This document shows positions 9,390-17,815 of a stretch of DNA of 51,077 nt, one piece after another (the first letter of the stretch is position 1; each line of letters opens with the position of its first letter). The stretch covers positions 1-51,077 of the forward strand of contig JAWLBW010000002.1 in NCBI GenBank assembly GCA_041687475.1, read 5' to 3'. Both the position numbers and the translations under genes were made by a program. Under the pieces are notes generated by a model. The model was given only the letters and a program-made list of their open reading frames with translations, was not told the DNA's origin and searched no databases. Source of the DNA: a bacterium (GTDB taxonomy: Bacteria > J088 > JAWLBW01).

Positions 9390-9537
9390 TTATTGCCGTT
9401 TTCCCCACCCCCCTCCGTAATGGCCGATATTCGGGCCGCAAGGGGCTCAGGTTCCTTTCCAAGGAGTTAATGCCGGCTCCGGACATTTCACGAAACACGG
9501 CCTATAAGTTGAAAACGAACCGACCTGCGTCCATCCG

Positions 9538-9951
9538 TCAATAGCTGCAGTCGAGTTCTTCGTACACGTTCCGTATCGATGCCTCGACTTCTTCATATTG
9601 GTCGCTGAGTCCTTCGGACGCCTCGCCGAGAGACAGCTCGCCCGACAGCTCTTCAATGTCGGCCTCGAGCGCTCGTACCTCGTCGGCGAGTTCGCTGCCT
9701 GCCGCGCCCTGGTCGTCCAACGTTTCGACGAACGCCCGGCGGTCTGTTTCGAGCCGCTCACTCATCCGTACCAGGTTGCTTGCCGAACGTTCGTCGGGTC
9801 CGAGAAGCTGCATGTTGTGCACCGTCATGGCCAGGGCTTCGAGTCTGTTGCACGCTTCGGATGAGCGCTCGACCGGGCCATACTGTGCGGGCGCGGTCGA
9901 AGCAACAAACAGCCCGAGCACGCCCGCAATGGCGACAGAAGATCTTCGCAT
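9538..9951 (-). CDS. small secreted acidic coiled-coil protein
   Basis: An internal ATG at 9951 is preceded by a strong RBS (ggaaggagg). MRRSSVAIAGVLGLFVASTAPAQ is a signal peptide. The upstream 228 codons of the track ORF (to 10638) overlap the alkaline phosphatase gene antisense and were rejected. Confidence 0.6.
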   Translation of the reverse strand: MRRSSVAIAGVLGLFVASTAPAQYGPVERSSEACNRLEALAMTVHNMQLLGPDERSASNLVRMSERLETDRRAFVETLDDQGAAGSELADEVRALEADIEELSGELSLGEASEGLSDQYEEVEASIRNVYEELDCSY

Positions 9952-10105
9952 GAGTTCCTCCTTCCGTTTCTTCATACAGATCCGAGTCCAAGGATGAATC
10001 CGGGTCGATAATCCCGCCAGAGCGCGGGGTGCCGCGGCAGCAGGACTCTCACCGCATTCCATTTCCGTCACGAGTCGGTAACAGGGCTGTGGTAATATCG
10101 ACGGC

Positions 10106-11386
10106 ATGAAGCACATATCGTCGTATCTTTCACGCTCCTGTCCCCTGGCGCGCTCCTGTTCCCTGGCAGGCTCCGTTCCCCTGGCGAGTCCCATTACCCT
10201 GGCGATTCTCATCAGCCTGGTCGTTTCTGCCTGTGCGCACAGGCCCGACACCGCCGAGTCGAGCGAACCCCGGTTTCCCAATGCCTCGGTAATCCTCATT
10301 GTGGGCGATGGTCTCGGGTATTCACTGCAGGAAGCCGTACGAATTCTCGACGGCGGCCTGGCGGTCGACGACATGCCACACACCGCGCAGGTTCGCACCG
10401 TGGCCGAAGGAGCCGTCGTTACCGATTCGGCGGCCGCCGCCACCGCGATGGCCACCGGTCGGAAGACCGCCAACAGCCGGGTCGGCACCGACGCCGACGG
10501 CAAGCGGCTGCGAACCGTTGCCGAAGACGCCAAAGCTGCCGGAAAAGCGGTCGGTTTCGTTACCTCTGCTTTTCTCTGGGATGCTACACCCGCGGCCTTC
10601 TTCAGCCACGTCAAGGACCGCGACGATACCGATGCCATTACCTGGCAGGCCCTTGCCTTCGGCCCCGATCTGCTCTATGGAGGGGGCGAATCCTACCTGC
10701 TCAGCCCCGGCGAAAAAGGCCGCTTCGGCCCCGGCCGGCGCCGCGACGGCGAAAACCTGCTCGATAATTTCAAATCGGCGGGCTACCGTCTGGTCACCGG
10801 GCCCGATGGCGGCGAGCTGCCACAGCTTGGCCTGTTTGCCGGCGCAGACCTGTTTACGCAGAAACCGGCCCGCTACCGACCCGCGTTAACCCTCGAAGAC
10901 ATGACCACGAGCGCGCTTGAGGCCCTGGCTGAAGATCCCGAGGGTTTCTTCCTGCTGGTCGAAGAAGAAGCAACCGATGAAATGCTGCACGGCGCCGGGG
11001 TATCGGCCGCCGTCGAGGCCGTTCGAAGCTGGAATCGGGTGGTGGCTACGGCGCTCTCCTTTGCCGAACGGAATCCTCAGGTCACGGTGATCGTCACATC
11101 CGATCATGAGACGGGGGCCTTCTCGCTCGCACCGGAAAAGGCATGCCGGGCCCCGCTCGGCGCACTCGACGAAACCGCCTTCACGCAGAAATACGTAACC
11201 GACCTCGAGCCCTCGCGCGCCGTCATGCAGGACCGGAACGGAAACCCTGTGTGCCTGCGCGCGTGGACCAACGGACACACCGCCGAGCCCGTGCCGCTGT
11301 TCACCCGTGGCGTGAAGCCTTCGGCCGCCGTCATCGAGAATACCGACATTCACGGTCTTCTACGCAGCGGGTTGGGGTTGGACTGA
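10106..11386 (+). CDS. alkaline phosphatase family lipoprotein
   Basis: PhoA-family motifs are present: VGDGLGYS (metal/Ser region), TDSAAAATAMATGRKT (active-site Ser context) and VTSDHETG. Lipobox V-S-A-C follows a long n-region. Confidence 0.85.
   Translation: MKHISSYLSRSCPLARSCSLAGSVPLASPITLAILISLVVSACAHRPDTAESSEPRFPNASVILIVGDGLGYSLQEAVRILDGGLAVDDMPHTAQVRTVAEGAVVTDSAAAATAMATGRKTANSRVGTDADGKRLRTVAEDAKAAGKAVGFVTSAFLWDATPAAFFSHVKDRDDTDAITWQALAFGPDLLYGGGESYLLSPGEKGRFGPGRRRDGENLLDNFKSAGYRLVTGPDGGELPQLGLFAGADLFTQKPARYRPALTLEDMTTSALEALAEDPEGFFLLVEEEATDEMLHGAGVSAAVEAVRSWNRVVATALSFAERNPQVTVIVTSDHETGAFSLAPEKACRAPLGALDETAFTQKYVTDLEPSRAVMQDRNGNPVCLRAWTNGHTAEPVPLFTRGVKPSAAVIENTDIHGLLRSGLGLD
10136..10207 (+). 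repeat. 4 imperfect tandem copies of an 18-nt unit inside the signal-peptide n-region
   Basis: The units are tcctgtcccctggcgcgc / tcctgttccctggcaggc / tccgttcccctggcgagt / cccattaccctggcgatt. They encode SCPLAR-SCSLAG-SVPLAS-PITLAI. Confidence 0.7.
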
Positions 11387-11409
11387 GCGACCATCGCCCC
11401 ACCTCGTGC

Positions 11410-12336
11410 TTACTCGATTCGTCGCTCGGCGTACTCACCCGATACGTAGCGGGGTTCGACCGGCTGTTCTGCCGGAGGCGGAGTCGTGCTTTCAAAGGCG
11501 GCGCGATAGTCGGCCGCGAAGTCGGCAAATGAGTTCGGACGGCGGCCGAGAACTTGCCGGATCCGGTCGTTCACCCGAGCCGCCTCTTCGTCGAGCATGA
11601 AGGGGTGCAGTTGCACAAGAACCTCGATGTCTCTTTCGCGCAACCCTTCTTCCTTCATGAAGGCTCTGGCCTGCGACTCGGTCACCACTTCGCAGGCAAT
11701 GTCGTGGCCGGCCACCCGGCCGATGATTTCACCGGCTTCTTCTCCGGTCAATGCCGCGGGGCCCGTCAAGGTCAACGTTTCGCCGTTCCACTGCCCGTCG
11801 ACCAGCGCGGCCGCCGCTACCCCGGCAACATCGCGCGCGTCGACCCAGCTTACCGGTCCCTCGGCGGCCTGACGCAGAAAACGATGCTCGCGTCTGATGA
11901 GCGCCCCATGATGGTAAGCAAAGTCCTGCATGAACGGTTGGGGCCGCAGTATCACATCGGTAAGGCCCAGGTACCGCAGGTGTTCTTCAATCTCGTTATG
12001 CCGCTCGGCCAGTGGGTACTCGACCCGCCCCACCCCCGGCACCGACTGCTTGACTACTTTCTCGACCCCCACATCGAGGGCGATGTCGAGAACGCGCTTT
12101 TCGACGGTGACCTGGTCGACGTGAAAGGGGGTACACAGAAACAGGGCCGTGCACCCGGTCAACGCGCCTGCAATCGAGGCCTCACTGGCGTAGTCGACCT
12201 CGTGCACTTCGAACTCGCCCTCGACAAGGGTATGGCGGTGACCACGTCCGCCGACGCGCACCGGTGCGCCGCGCGCCTGAAGAAGGGGTACGAGATCGCT
12301 GCCGACCAGCCCCGGTGCTCCCATCACGAAAATCAT
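11410..12336 (-). CDS. NmrA-family NAD(P)-binding protein (atypical SDR)
   Basis: MIFVMGAPGLVGSDLVPLL is a Rossmann GxxGxxG-type N-terminus, and length and composition are NmrA-like. The ATG at 12336 was preferred over the TTG at 12357. Confidence 0.75.
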   Translation of the reverse strand: MIFVMGAPGLVGSDLVPLLQARGAPVRVGGRGHRHTLVEGEFEVHEVDYASEASIAGALTGCTALFLCTPFHVDQVTVEKRVLDIALDVGVEKVVKQSVPGVGRVEYPLAERHNEIEEHLRYLGLTDVILRPQPFMQDFAYHHGALIRREHRFLRQAAEGPVSWVDARDVAGVAAAALVDGQWNGETLTLTGPAALTGEEAGEIIGRVAGHDIACEVVTESQARAFMKEEGLRERDIEVLVQLHPFMLDEEAARVNDRIRQVLGRRPNSFADFAADYRAAFESTTPPPAEQPVEPRYVSGEYAERRIE

Positions 12337-12473
12337 TTGATACGCCCTCGCTGTCAACGATTTGCCTTATTCTCATCGCGGCACGACAACCTGTCGCCCA
12401 TCGGCCTTCCGTACGCGGGCGCCGACACGGGTCGGCGGCCTCTACCTCAACCATTTACGACAGCTGGTGGCAT

Positions 12474-12491
12474 GAATGCATGCGTGCATTC
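12474..12491. promoter_or_regulatory. inverted repeat GAATGCA-tgcg-TGCATTC between the FadR-type regulator and the NmrA gene
   Basis: A perfect 7+7 palindrome in an AT-richer patch (catgaatgcatgcgtgcattcgaattcatg), about 140 nt upstream of the NmrA start. It is a plausible operator. Confidence 0.35.
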
Positions 12492-12606
12492 GAATTCATG
12501 GTTGAAAACCGGATTCTCGAAGCCATGGAGCGGGGCAAGTTCTAGAATCTTAGTGGACGGGCCTTCCCATCGATCCGACCGCTTACTTTGCGCAGCCGGC
12601 CTCCTC

Positions 12607-13353
12607 TCAAGGCAGGGGCACGCCGGCCGCTTTCCAGTCAGGCACGACGGCCGTCGCCTCCGTGAAGAAGCGCATCACGCTCCGATCGTGGCGATGCAGA
12701 TAGCGTGAAATGACCGTGCCCGCGTCGACCGAGCGTCCCCGTTCAAGAAAGCCGAGATAACGATCGTACTCTTCGACAAAGTGGGTCGGCAGGTAAGGCA
12801 GAAACGAGAAGTCGGTCTGAAAATGAAGCGTGTCGGCCAGGCTGTTCAGCAGCCACAGCGGCGCGGCCAGGCCGGCGGCATCGAGCAAACGTCGATGCGC
12901 CTCGAGTTCGCGCTCGCTGAACAGCGCGTAGTACCCTCGGGCAGACCACGCCAACTCGACCGCCTGTCTTACCGGTTCGAGCACGCCGCGACGCATGCGG
13001 GGCGCGCAGGCGGGCACCATCTCGCAGAGAACCAATCGGCGCAGCTCGAGCACCTCGGCCAGAAGTTGCTGCCCGCGAAGCCCGGGCAGGGCAGGCCGCT
13101 GGGTCAGCACCGAGGCAATGGGTAAACGCCACTCGCCACGCTTGCAAACGACGGCACCCGATTGCCGGGTCTCGAGCACACCCCACAGCTCCAGCCGCTT
13201 CATGGCCTCTCGCACGCTTGCCCGCGACGCCTTATGCGCGGTACAAAGTTCCCGCTCGGCCGGTACCCGCGCCCCTGCGCCGAGCTCTCCGGCAAGGATT
13301 CGTTGTAGAATCTGTTCTGCAAGTGCGTCGGCGACACTACCGAAATCGGGCAT
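12607..13353 (-). CDS. GntR-family transcriptional regulator, FadR (FCD) subfamily
   Basis: The N-terminal wHTH is LAEQILQRILAGELGAGARVPAERELCTAHKASRASVREAMKRLELWGVLETRQ. It is followed by an all-helical C-terminal domain of FCD length. Confidence 0.8.
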   Translation of the reverse strand: MPDFGSVADALAEQILQRILAGELGAGARVPAERELCTAHKASRASVREAMKRLELWGVLETRQSGAVVCKRGEWRLPIASVLTQRPALPGLRGQQLLAEVLELRRLVLCEMVPACAPRMRRGVLEPVRQAVELAWSARGYYALFSERELEAHRRLLDAAGLAAPLWLLNSLADTLHFQTDFSFLPYLPTHFVEEYDRYLGFLERGRSVDAGTVISRYLHRHDRSVMRFFTEATAVVPDWKAAGVPLP

Positions 13354-13527
13354 ATTTCCCTCACTGGGCCTTACCTGTCGGGGGCGAATTGCCCGTTGGT
13401 CAGACCAGATGGTCCGACCACGGTATCAGTCACCACCCCAAGGCGCAAGCACCGCGGGGCTGGAATTTCAGGGGAAGGCTTGAGCCGTGACGCAGGCTGC
13501 GGTACCCTTCCACATGGAGAGTGTTTC

Positions 13528-13734
13528 ATGAAATCGGCCCCTACGTCGTGCGGCTTCGATCCCGCACAGTTCAGAGCCCTGCGCGAGCAGCTGCGTGAAG
13601 GAACCGTACGTGCCGTTCTGCACCGGAAAACCGCTCGCGTTCTCTACCTCACGCCCGAGGAGTTGGAACAATTCGATCCGTCGGAGTACACCGATATTCC
13701 CCTTCGGCCGACGCCTGAAGACAACGGCCCGTAA
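13528..13734 (+). CDS. small hypothetical protein (68 aa)
   Basis: ATG 13528 has ggaga upstream. It lies immediately upstream of, and is probably co-transcribed with, the TPR-like gene. No family recognised. Confidence 0.35.
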   Translation: MKSAPTSCGFDPAQFRALREQLREGTVRAVLHRKTARVLYLTPEELEQFDPSEYTDIPLRPTPEDNGP

Positions 13735-13738
13735 GGCA

Positions 13739-14530
13739 ATGCTCATGAAGAACGCACGAACCGCCGTCATTCTGCTCCTGCTCTCATCCCCGGCCGCTGC
13801 CGAGCATGCCCTGGCCGAGGAAGAGGGCACGCCGGGCGCTTCGGTCGTCGACCTCGACGCCGTCTCTGCCGACGCGCTTTCAGGCGACCCCGCGCGAATC
13901 GAGCGGGCCATCGAAATCTACAGCCGCCTTGACGTTACCGATACCGAGGTGGCATGGCGGCTGGCGCGCGCCTGGTTCAACCTGTACGACGAACTGGCCG
14001 AGCGCAACCGTCGCGACGACCAGCGACGGGCGGCGGAAACGGGGTATGCCCTGGCGTCGGAAGCGCTGAAGAAGGCTCCGCGGCATCCGGGGCTCGTTTA
14101 CTACCATGCCTTGCTGGGGCTTTGCTACCTTGACTTTCACCGCTTGAAGGCCCTGTTCATCGTGAGTGACATCATCGACGGCTTCAAGCTGGCCCGCGAA
14201 CTCGACCCACGCATGGACGACGCCGGGCCCGACCGGAATCTGGGCCTGCTCTACCATCAGTTGCCGGGCTGGCCCCTGAGCGTGGGCGACGACGAAAAAG
14301 CCTTGCTTCACCTGCGGGAAGCCGCGAGACTGGCGCCCCTCAGGGCCGCAAACCGTCTTCCCCTCGCGAAGGCGCTGGCCGACGAAGGCGAATACGATGA
14401 AGGGTGGAAGCATGTCGCATTCGTGCGCGCGGGCGAGTTTCTGGTAAGCTCGCCGCATTGGCGCGATATTTACCTGCGCCGCGCCGAAGAGGTGGCCCGC
14501 GAGTATCCGGAGCGATTTCACGAGAAGTGA
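13739..14530 (+). CDS. secreted TPR-like helical-repeat protein
   Basis: MLMKNARTAVILLLLSSPAAA-EHA is a signal peptide. The rest is helical repeat sequence (AWRLARAWFNLYD..., YYHALLGLCYLD..., EKALLHLREAARLAP). The internal ATG of track ORF 13595..14530 was chosen. Confidence 0.65.
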   Translation: MLMKNARTAVILLLLSSPAAAEHALAEEEGTPGASVVDLDAVSADALSGDPARIERAIEIYSRLDVTDTEVAWRLARAWFNLYDELAERNRRDDQRRAAETGYALASEALKKAPRHPGLVYYHALLGLCYLDFHRLKALFIVSDIIDGFKLARELDPRMDDAGPDRNLGLLYHQLPGWPLSVGDDEKALLHLREAARLAPLRAANRLPLAKALADEGEYDEGWKHVAFVRAGEFLVSSPHWRDIYLRRAEEVAREYPERFHEK

Positions 14531-14660
14531 AACCGTCCCTTCCGCTTCCTCTTTCCCGCGATGGCGACGGGTGTGTCTCGGCACCCAGGTGGAAGGAGCC
14601 ACCATTTTCCTGTTTTTTCTGCATTTCTCCATTCCACCCGCCGCCCATGGACGCTAAGAT

Positions 14661-15182
14661 ATGGTCATGTCAGCACGTACCATGGTCATAGGCATGCTGG
14701 CGGCCGGTCTTCTCGGCTGCACGGCGCAGGAAGCCAACCGCCGCGACACACCGTCGACCGAGAACGCCCCCGCACCGGCCGCCTGGAAGGCGTCGTTCGA
14801 TCTGCGGCAAGCCGGAAGCGACGAGAGCGGCGATGTCTTCGGCGCTCTCGACGACGTCATACTGGTTTACCGCGTCAACAACAGCACGAGTGCCCCCCTG
14901 AAATGCCGACAGATGGAAGGGGGCCCGCGTATTCACTTCAGCCTCAGTCGCGAGGGGGCGCCGTTCGCCGACAATCTTGAGGGGCTGATGTTTACGCAGG
15001 CCATTGTCGAGTTCGAGCTCTCGCCGGGCGTCACCACCTTCGAAGGCGAACCCGCCGCCTGGGAGGCTTTCGCCGAAACGGCGCCGTCGCCCGGGTCGTA
15101 CGTCGCCCATGCGGCGCCCCGTTTCCGCTGTAACGGGCTCGCGCTGCCGGAGCTCGACCTGCCCTTCCGGCTCGAACCCTGA
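14661..15182 (+). CDS. hypothetical lipoprotein
   Basis: MVMSARTMVIGMLAAGLLGC has a canonical lipobox L-L-G-C. No family recognised. Confidence 0.6.
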   Translation: MVMSARTMVIGMLAAGLLGCTAQEANRRDTPSTENAPAPAAWKASFDLRQAGSDESGDVFGALDDVILVYRVNNSTSAPLKCRQMEGGPRIHFSLSREGAPFADNLEGLMFTQAIVEFELSPGVTTFEGEPAAWEAFAETAPSPGSYVAHAAPRFRCNGLALPELDLPFRLEP

Positions 15183-15293
15183 GACGGATGCCCCCGACGC
15201 ACCTGCTATGTACATTTCCCCCATGACGGCGGCCGGCGACAACGGCGCGTCACGCCGACCATGGCCTATGATGGTCGTAAAGGGGGTACTTCG

Positions 15294-16325
15294 ATGCAGA
15301 CACCGGTTGCGCTCGAGGCCTGGAAAATCGACAGTGAGGCGTTTCCCGATACTGGCTCGGATTACGAGAAACTACGGTTTGCCGTAGGCTATGCACTGCT
15401 CGCCCCCTCGAGCCACAACAGCCAGCCGTGGCGCTTTGAGATCGAGCAGGATACCTTGCGGCTCTATGCCGACCGCAGCCGGACATTGGCGGTGGCCGAT
15501 CCCACCCATCGTGAGCTGATCATCAGCTGCGGCGCCGCTCTCGGGCACCTGCTCGCCGCGCTGCGGGGGCTGGGCGAAACCCCCGAGCCGAGCATCTTGC
15601 CCGACGCCGGCCATCCCGATCTGCTGGCCATCGTGCGCCTGGGCAAGCGGCGCCCCCCGACCGACGCCGAGGTACGCCTGCTCGAAGCCATGCCGCGCCG
15701 ACGCACCTTCCGGGGTCACTTTTCAGCCGAGCCGATCGGCGAGCAGGTCTACGACCGGCTGAGCGCATGCGCACGCAACGAAAACGCGCTGCTCGTTCCG
15801 GTGCGGGAAGAGCAGCGCCCGCGCATTGCCGACCTGGTGGCAGATGCCGAGCGCCGACAGATGGGCGACCCGGCCTACCGCAGTGAACTTTCACGCTGGA
15901 TGCGCCCGAACCAGAGCCCCGCCTTCGATGGAATACCCGGCTATGCCTTCGGCTTCGGGAATCTCGCGAGCATGCTCGCCCCCCGCTTCCTGCGCCGGGT
16001 GAACGCCGGCAACCAGGCAGCGCGACGCGATCGGGCCCTGCTTCAGGAAGCACCGGTCGTGACATGTCTCCTGACCCCGCACGATGATGTAGCCGCATGG
16101 CTCGATTGCGGCCGGGCCCTGAGCGCGGTGCTTCTTTCGGCTGCCGTGCAGGGTATCGCCGCAGGCTATCTGAATCAACCCATCGAGGTCACGGCACTGC
16201 GGGGTGAGCTACGCCGGCTGTTGGAAACCGACGCCTGGCCCCAGCTGCTGCTCCGAATGGGGCATGCCCCCCTCTCACGGCCCACACCGCGTCGGCCCCA
16301 GGCCGAGGTCGTGCACGAAAAGTGA
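15294..16325 (+). CDS. Acg-family nitroreductase-fold protein
   Basis: LLAPSSHNSQPWRF is the hallmark of the Acg / tandem-nitroreductase family, and the length of about 340 aa fits. RBS aaggggg lies 7 nt before ATG 15294. Confidence 0.75.
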   Translation: MQTPVALEAWKIDSEAFPDTGSDYEKLRFAVGYALLAPSSHNSQPWRFEIEQDTLRLYADRSRTLAVADPTHRELIISCGAALGHLLAALRGLGETPEPSILPDAGHPDLLAIVRLGKRRPPTDAEVRLLEAMPRRRTFRGHFSAEPIGEQVYDRLSACARNENALLVPVREEQRPRIADLVADAERRQMGDPAYRSELSRWMRPNQSPAFDGIPGYAFGFGNLASMLAPRFLRRVNAGNQAARRDRALLQEAPVVTCLLTPHDDVAAWLDCGRALSAVLLSAAVQGIAAGYLNQPIEVTALRGELRRLLETDAWPQLLLRMGHAPLSRPTPRRPQAEVVHEK

Positions 16326-16373
16326 CCGGTCGCCAACCTGATTCCCGATGTGAAAAATAACATATTCCGGGTA

Positions 16374-16403
16374 TTTCAGTCTCTTCTGAAACTCTGGTAA
16401 GAT
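16374..16403 (+). promoter_or_regulatory. palindrome TTTCAG-n6-CTGAAA followed by TAAGAT (-10-like), upstream of the first MerR gene
   Basis: The palindrome is at 16374-16391 and TAAGAT at 16398-16403, 33 nt before ATG 16436. MerR regulators typically bind dyads inside their own or divergent promoters. Confidence 0.3.
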
Positions 16404-16435
16404 ACCTCATCTTTTTTCGGACTTCTGGAGAGACC

Positions 16436-16987
16436 ATGACTCCTTCCTATTTCGACAACACACCGAGCATGCGTATCGGCGACGCGGCCGAGGCAACGGG
16501 GTTGTCGGCATCGAGCCTGCGGCAGTACGAGCAGCTCGGCCTGTTGTTGCCCGATCGCGACTCACGCGGCAACAGGCTGTACTCGAAAAACGAGGTAGAG
16601 TGGGTTAAGATGCTGCAGCAGTTCTTTCGAGACACGCACACCGGCCCCCATGCCGCCGTGCAGCTGCTTGCACTGCTTCCCTCGCAGAAACTGCGCCAGC
16701 GTATTCTGGGCGTACCCTGCCGTCGCGCCAAGGACAATACCATCTGTTGGCTGAGCTGCGGCGATGACGCAGGTTACCGGGCCGAGTGCCGCTCATGCCC
16801 CGCCTACCTCGGCAAGGAAATGGCACTGCGTTTCGGCGATTACTTCGACGTGGTTCTCCGGGGCGCCGACAAGCGCGCCGTAGCCGTCTCGGCCGAGGCG
16901 CGGCATGAGTCTCGTGCGTCGGTGCAGCCTCACCCGCAACCTGCCGATCGCTTTTTTGCCGGCCAGCTCAAGAAGTCGGGCGTCTGA
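16436..16987 (+). CDS. MerR-family regulator with Cys-rich C-terminal domain (paralog 1)
   Basis: The HTH is MRIGDAAEATGLSASSLRQYEQLGLLLPDRDSRGNRLYSKNEVEWV. The C-terminal part carries C-x10-CW-x(n)-C-x2-C-PAY. Confidence 0.8.
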   Translation: MTPSYFDNTPSMRIGDAAEATGLSASSLRQYEQLGLLLPDRDSRGNRLYSKNEVEWVKMLQQFFRDTHTGPHAAVQLLALLPSQKLRQRILGVPCRRAKDNTICWLSCGDDAGYRAECRSCPAYLGKEMALRFGDYFDVVLRGADKRAVAVSAEARHESRASVQPHPQPADRFFAGQLKKSGV

Positions 16988-17222
16988 GCCCGACTTGCCG
17001 GGGCTTCCCCTTGCTTGCCGCAGGAAGCGCCGCCGCCTTTCCCGCCCGGAACACCCAGTCGCGCAGCACCGGCTTTACCCCATAGCGATGAATTCCCGAC
17101 TGATGCGGTGGCGAATGCCTTTGGTTTAAGCTATAAGGTATCTTTCATGGGCGCGTTCGGCTGCCTCTGACGGCAGTCGGTGGTCGTCACAGCGTTACCG
17201 ATACGGATTCTGGGGGAGTTAC

Positions 17223-17681
17223 ATGGCGACGGCAAACATAGAAGACAGACACCTGCCGATCATCCGGATTCGCGAAGCCGCCCAGGCGGCCGGCCTTTCA
17301 CCGTCGACCCTGAGGCAATACGAAGAACTGGGACTGATTCTTCCATACCGCGAAGAATCGGGGCAACGTCTTTACTCTCTCGACGACGTCGAATGGCTGC
17401 AGCAGCTGCAGGCCTATTTCCGCAGAACCCACAGCGGGCCCAATTGCCTGGCCCAACTTCTCGGCCTTATTCCCTTTGAAGAAATCTGCCGCACCACCGG
17501 CACAACCTGTACCTGCCGCCCGGCCAAGAAGGCCGGAGAAGCCACATGCTGGCAGGGCTGGGGAACGACGGGCGAACGCCGCAGGGTCTGTCGTGACTGT
17601 CCTGCCTATCGCCGCAAGCACTATGCGCTGGCGTTCGACGACCACTTTCGCATCAGCCTGAAATCGCCCGCGGGGGCCTGA
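17223..17681 (+). CDS. MerR-family regulator with Cys-rich C-terminal domain (paralog 2)
   Basis: The HTH is IRIREAAQAAGLSPSTLRQYEELGLILPYREESGQRLYSLDDVEWL. The same C...CW...CRxCPAY...ALxFxDxF pattern occurs as in paralog 1. RBS gggggag. Confidence 0.8.
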   Translation: MATANIEDRHLPIIRIREAAQAAGLSPSTLRQYEELGLILPYREESGQRLYSLDDVEWLQQLQAYFRRTHSGPNCLAQLLGLIPFEEICRTTGTTCTCRPAKKAGEATCWQGWGTTGERRRVCRDCPAYRRKHYALAFDDHFRISLKSPAGA

Positions 17682-17815
17682 CCCGAGAAGCTCCGGCTCG
17701 CCGCCTCCGGCCTTTCCGTGGAAAGCGGGCGATAACGGTGTTTTTTTTTCGCGTGCGGGGGTGCAAACCGGCCCGGTCTGGCATTAGACTGGAACGAGAT
17801 CAGCCGGAGTCCCAC

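Noticed and set aside
9306-9400. Possible 2-repeat mini-CRISPR (roughly 30-nt repeats, roughly 34-nt spacer geometry)
   Set aside because: There are only two copies, which diverge after about 22 nt. No cas genes or leader are present in the window. Internal palindromes are also typical of operators. It is reported as an unexplained dyad pair instead.
9952-10638. N-terminal 228 codons of the track ORF 9538..10638 (366 aa)
   Set aside because: This part overlaps the alkaline phosphatase gene on the opposite strand and has a shadow-ORF composition. An internal ATG at 9951 with a strong RBS gives a clean signal peptide, so only 9538..9951 was kept.
11554-12708. 384-aa plus-strand ORF
   Set aside because: It is antisense to the NmrA-like gene and crosses the intergenic operator region into the GntR gene. 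It is Arg/His/Gly-rich with no recognisable fold.
16398-17140. The shared 8-mer AGATACCT / AGGTATCT (reverse complement) upstream of both MerR paralogs as a common operator
   Set aside because: The expected number of chance shared 8-mers between two regions of these sizes on both strands is close to 1, so this is not significant on its own.
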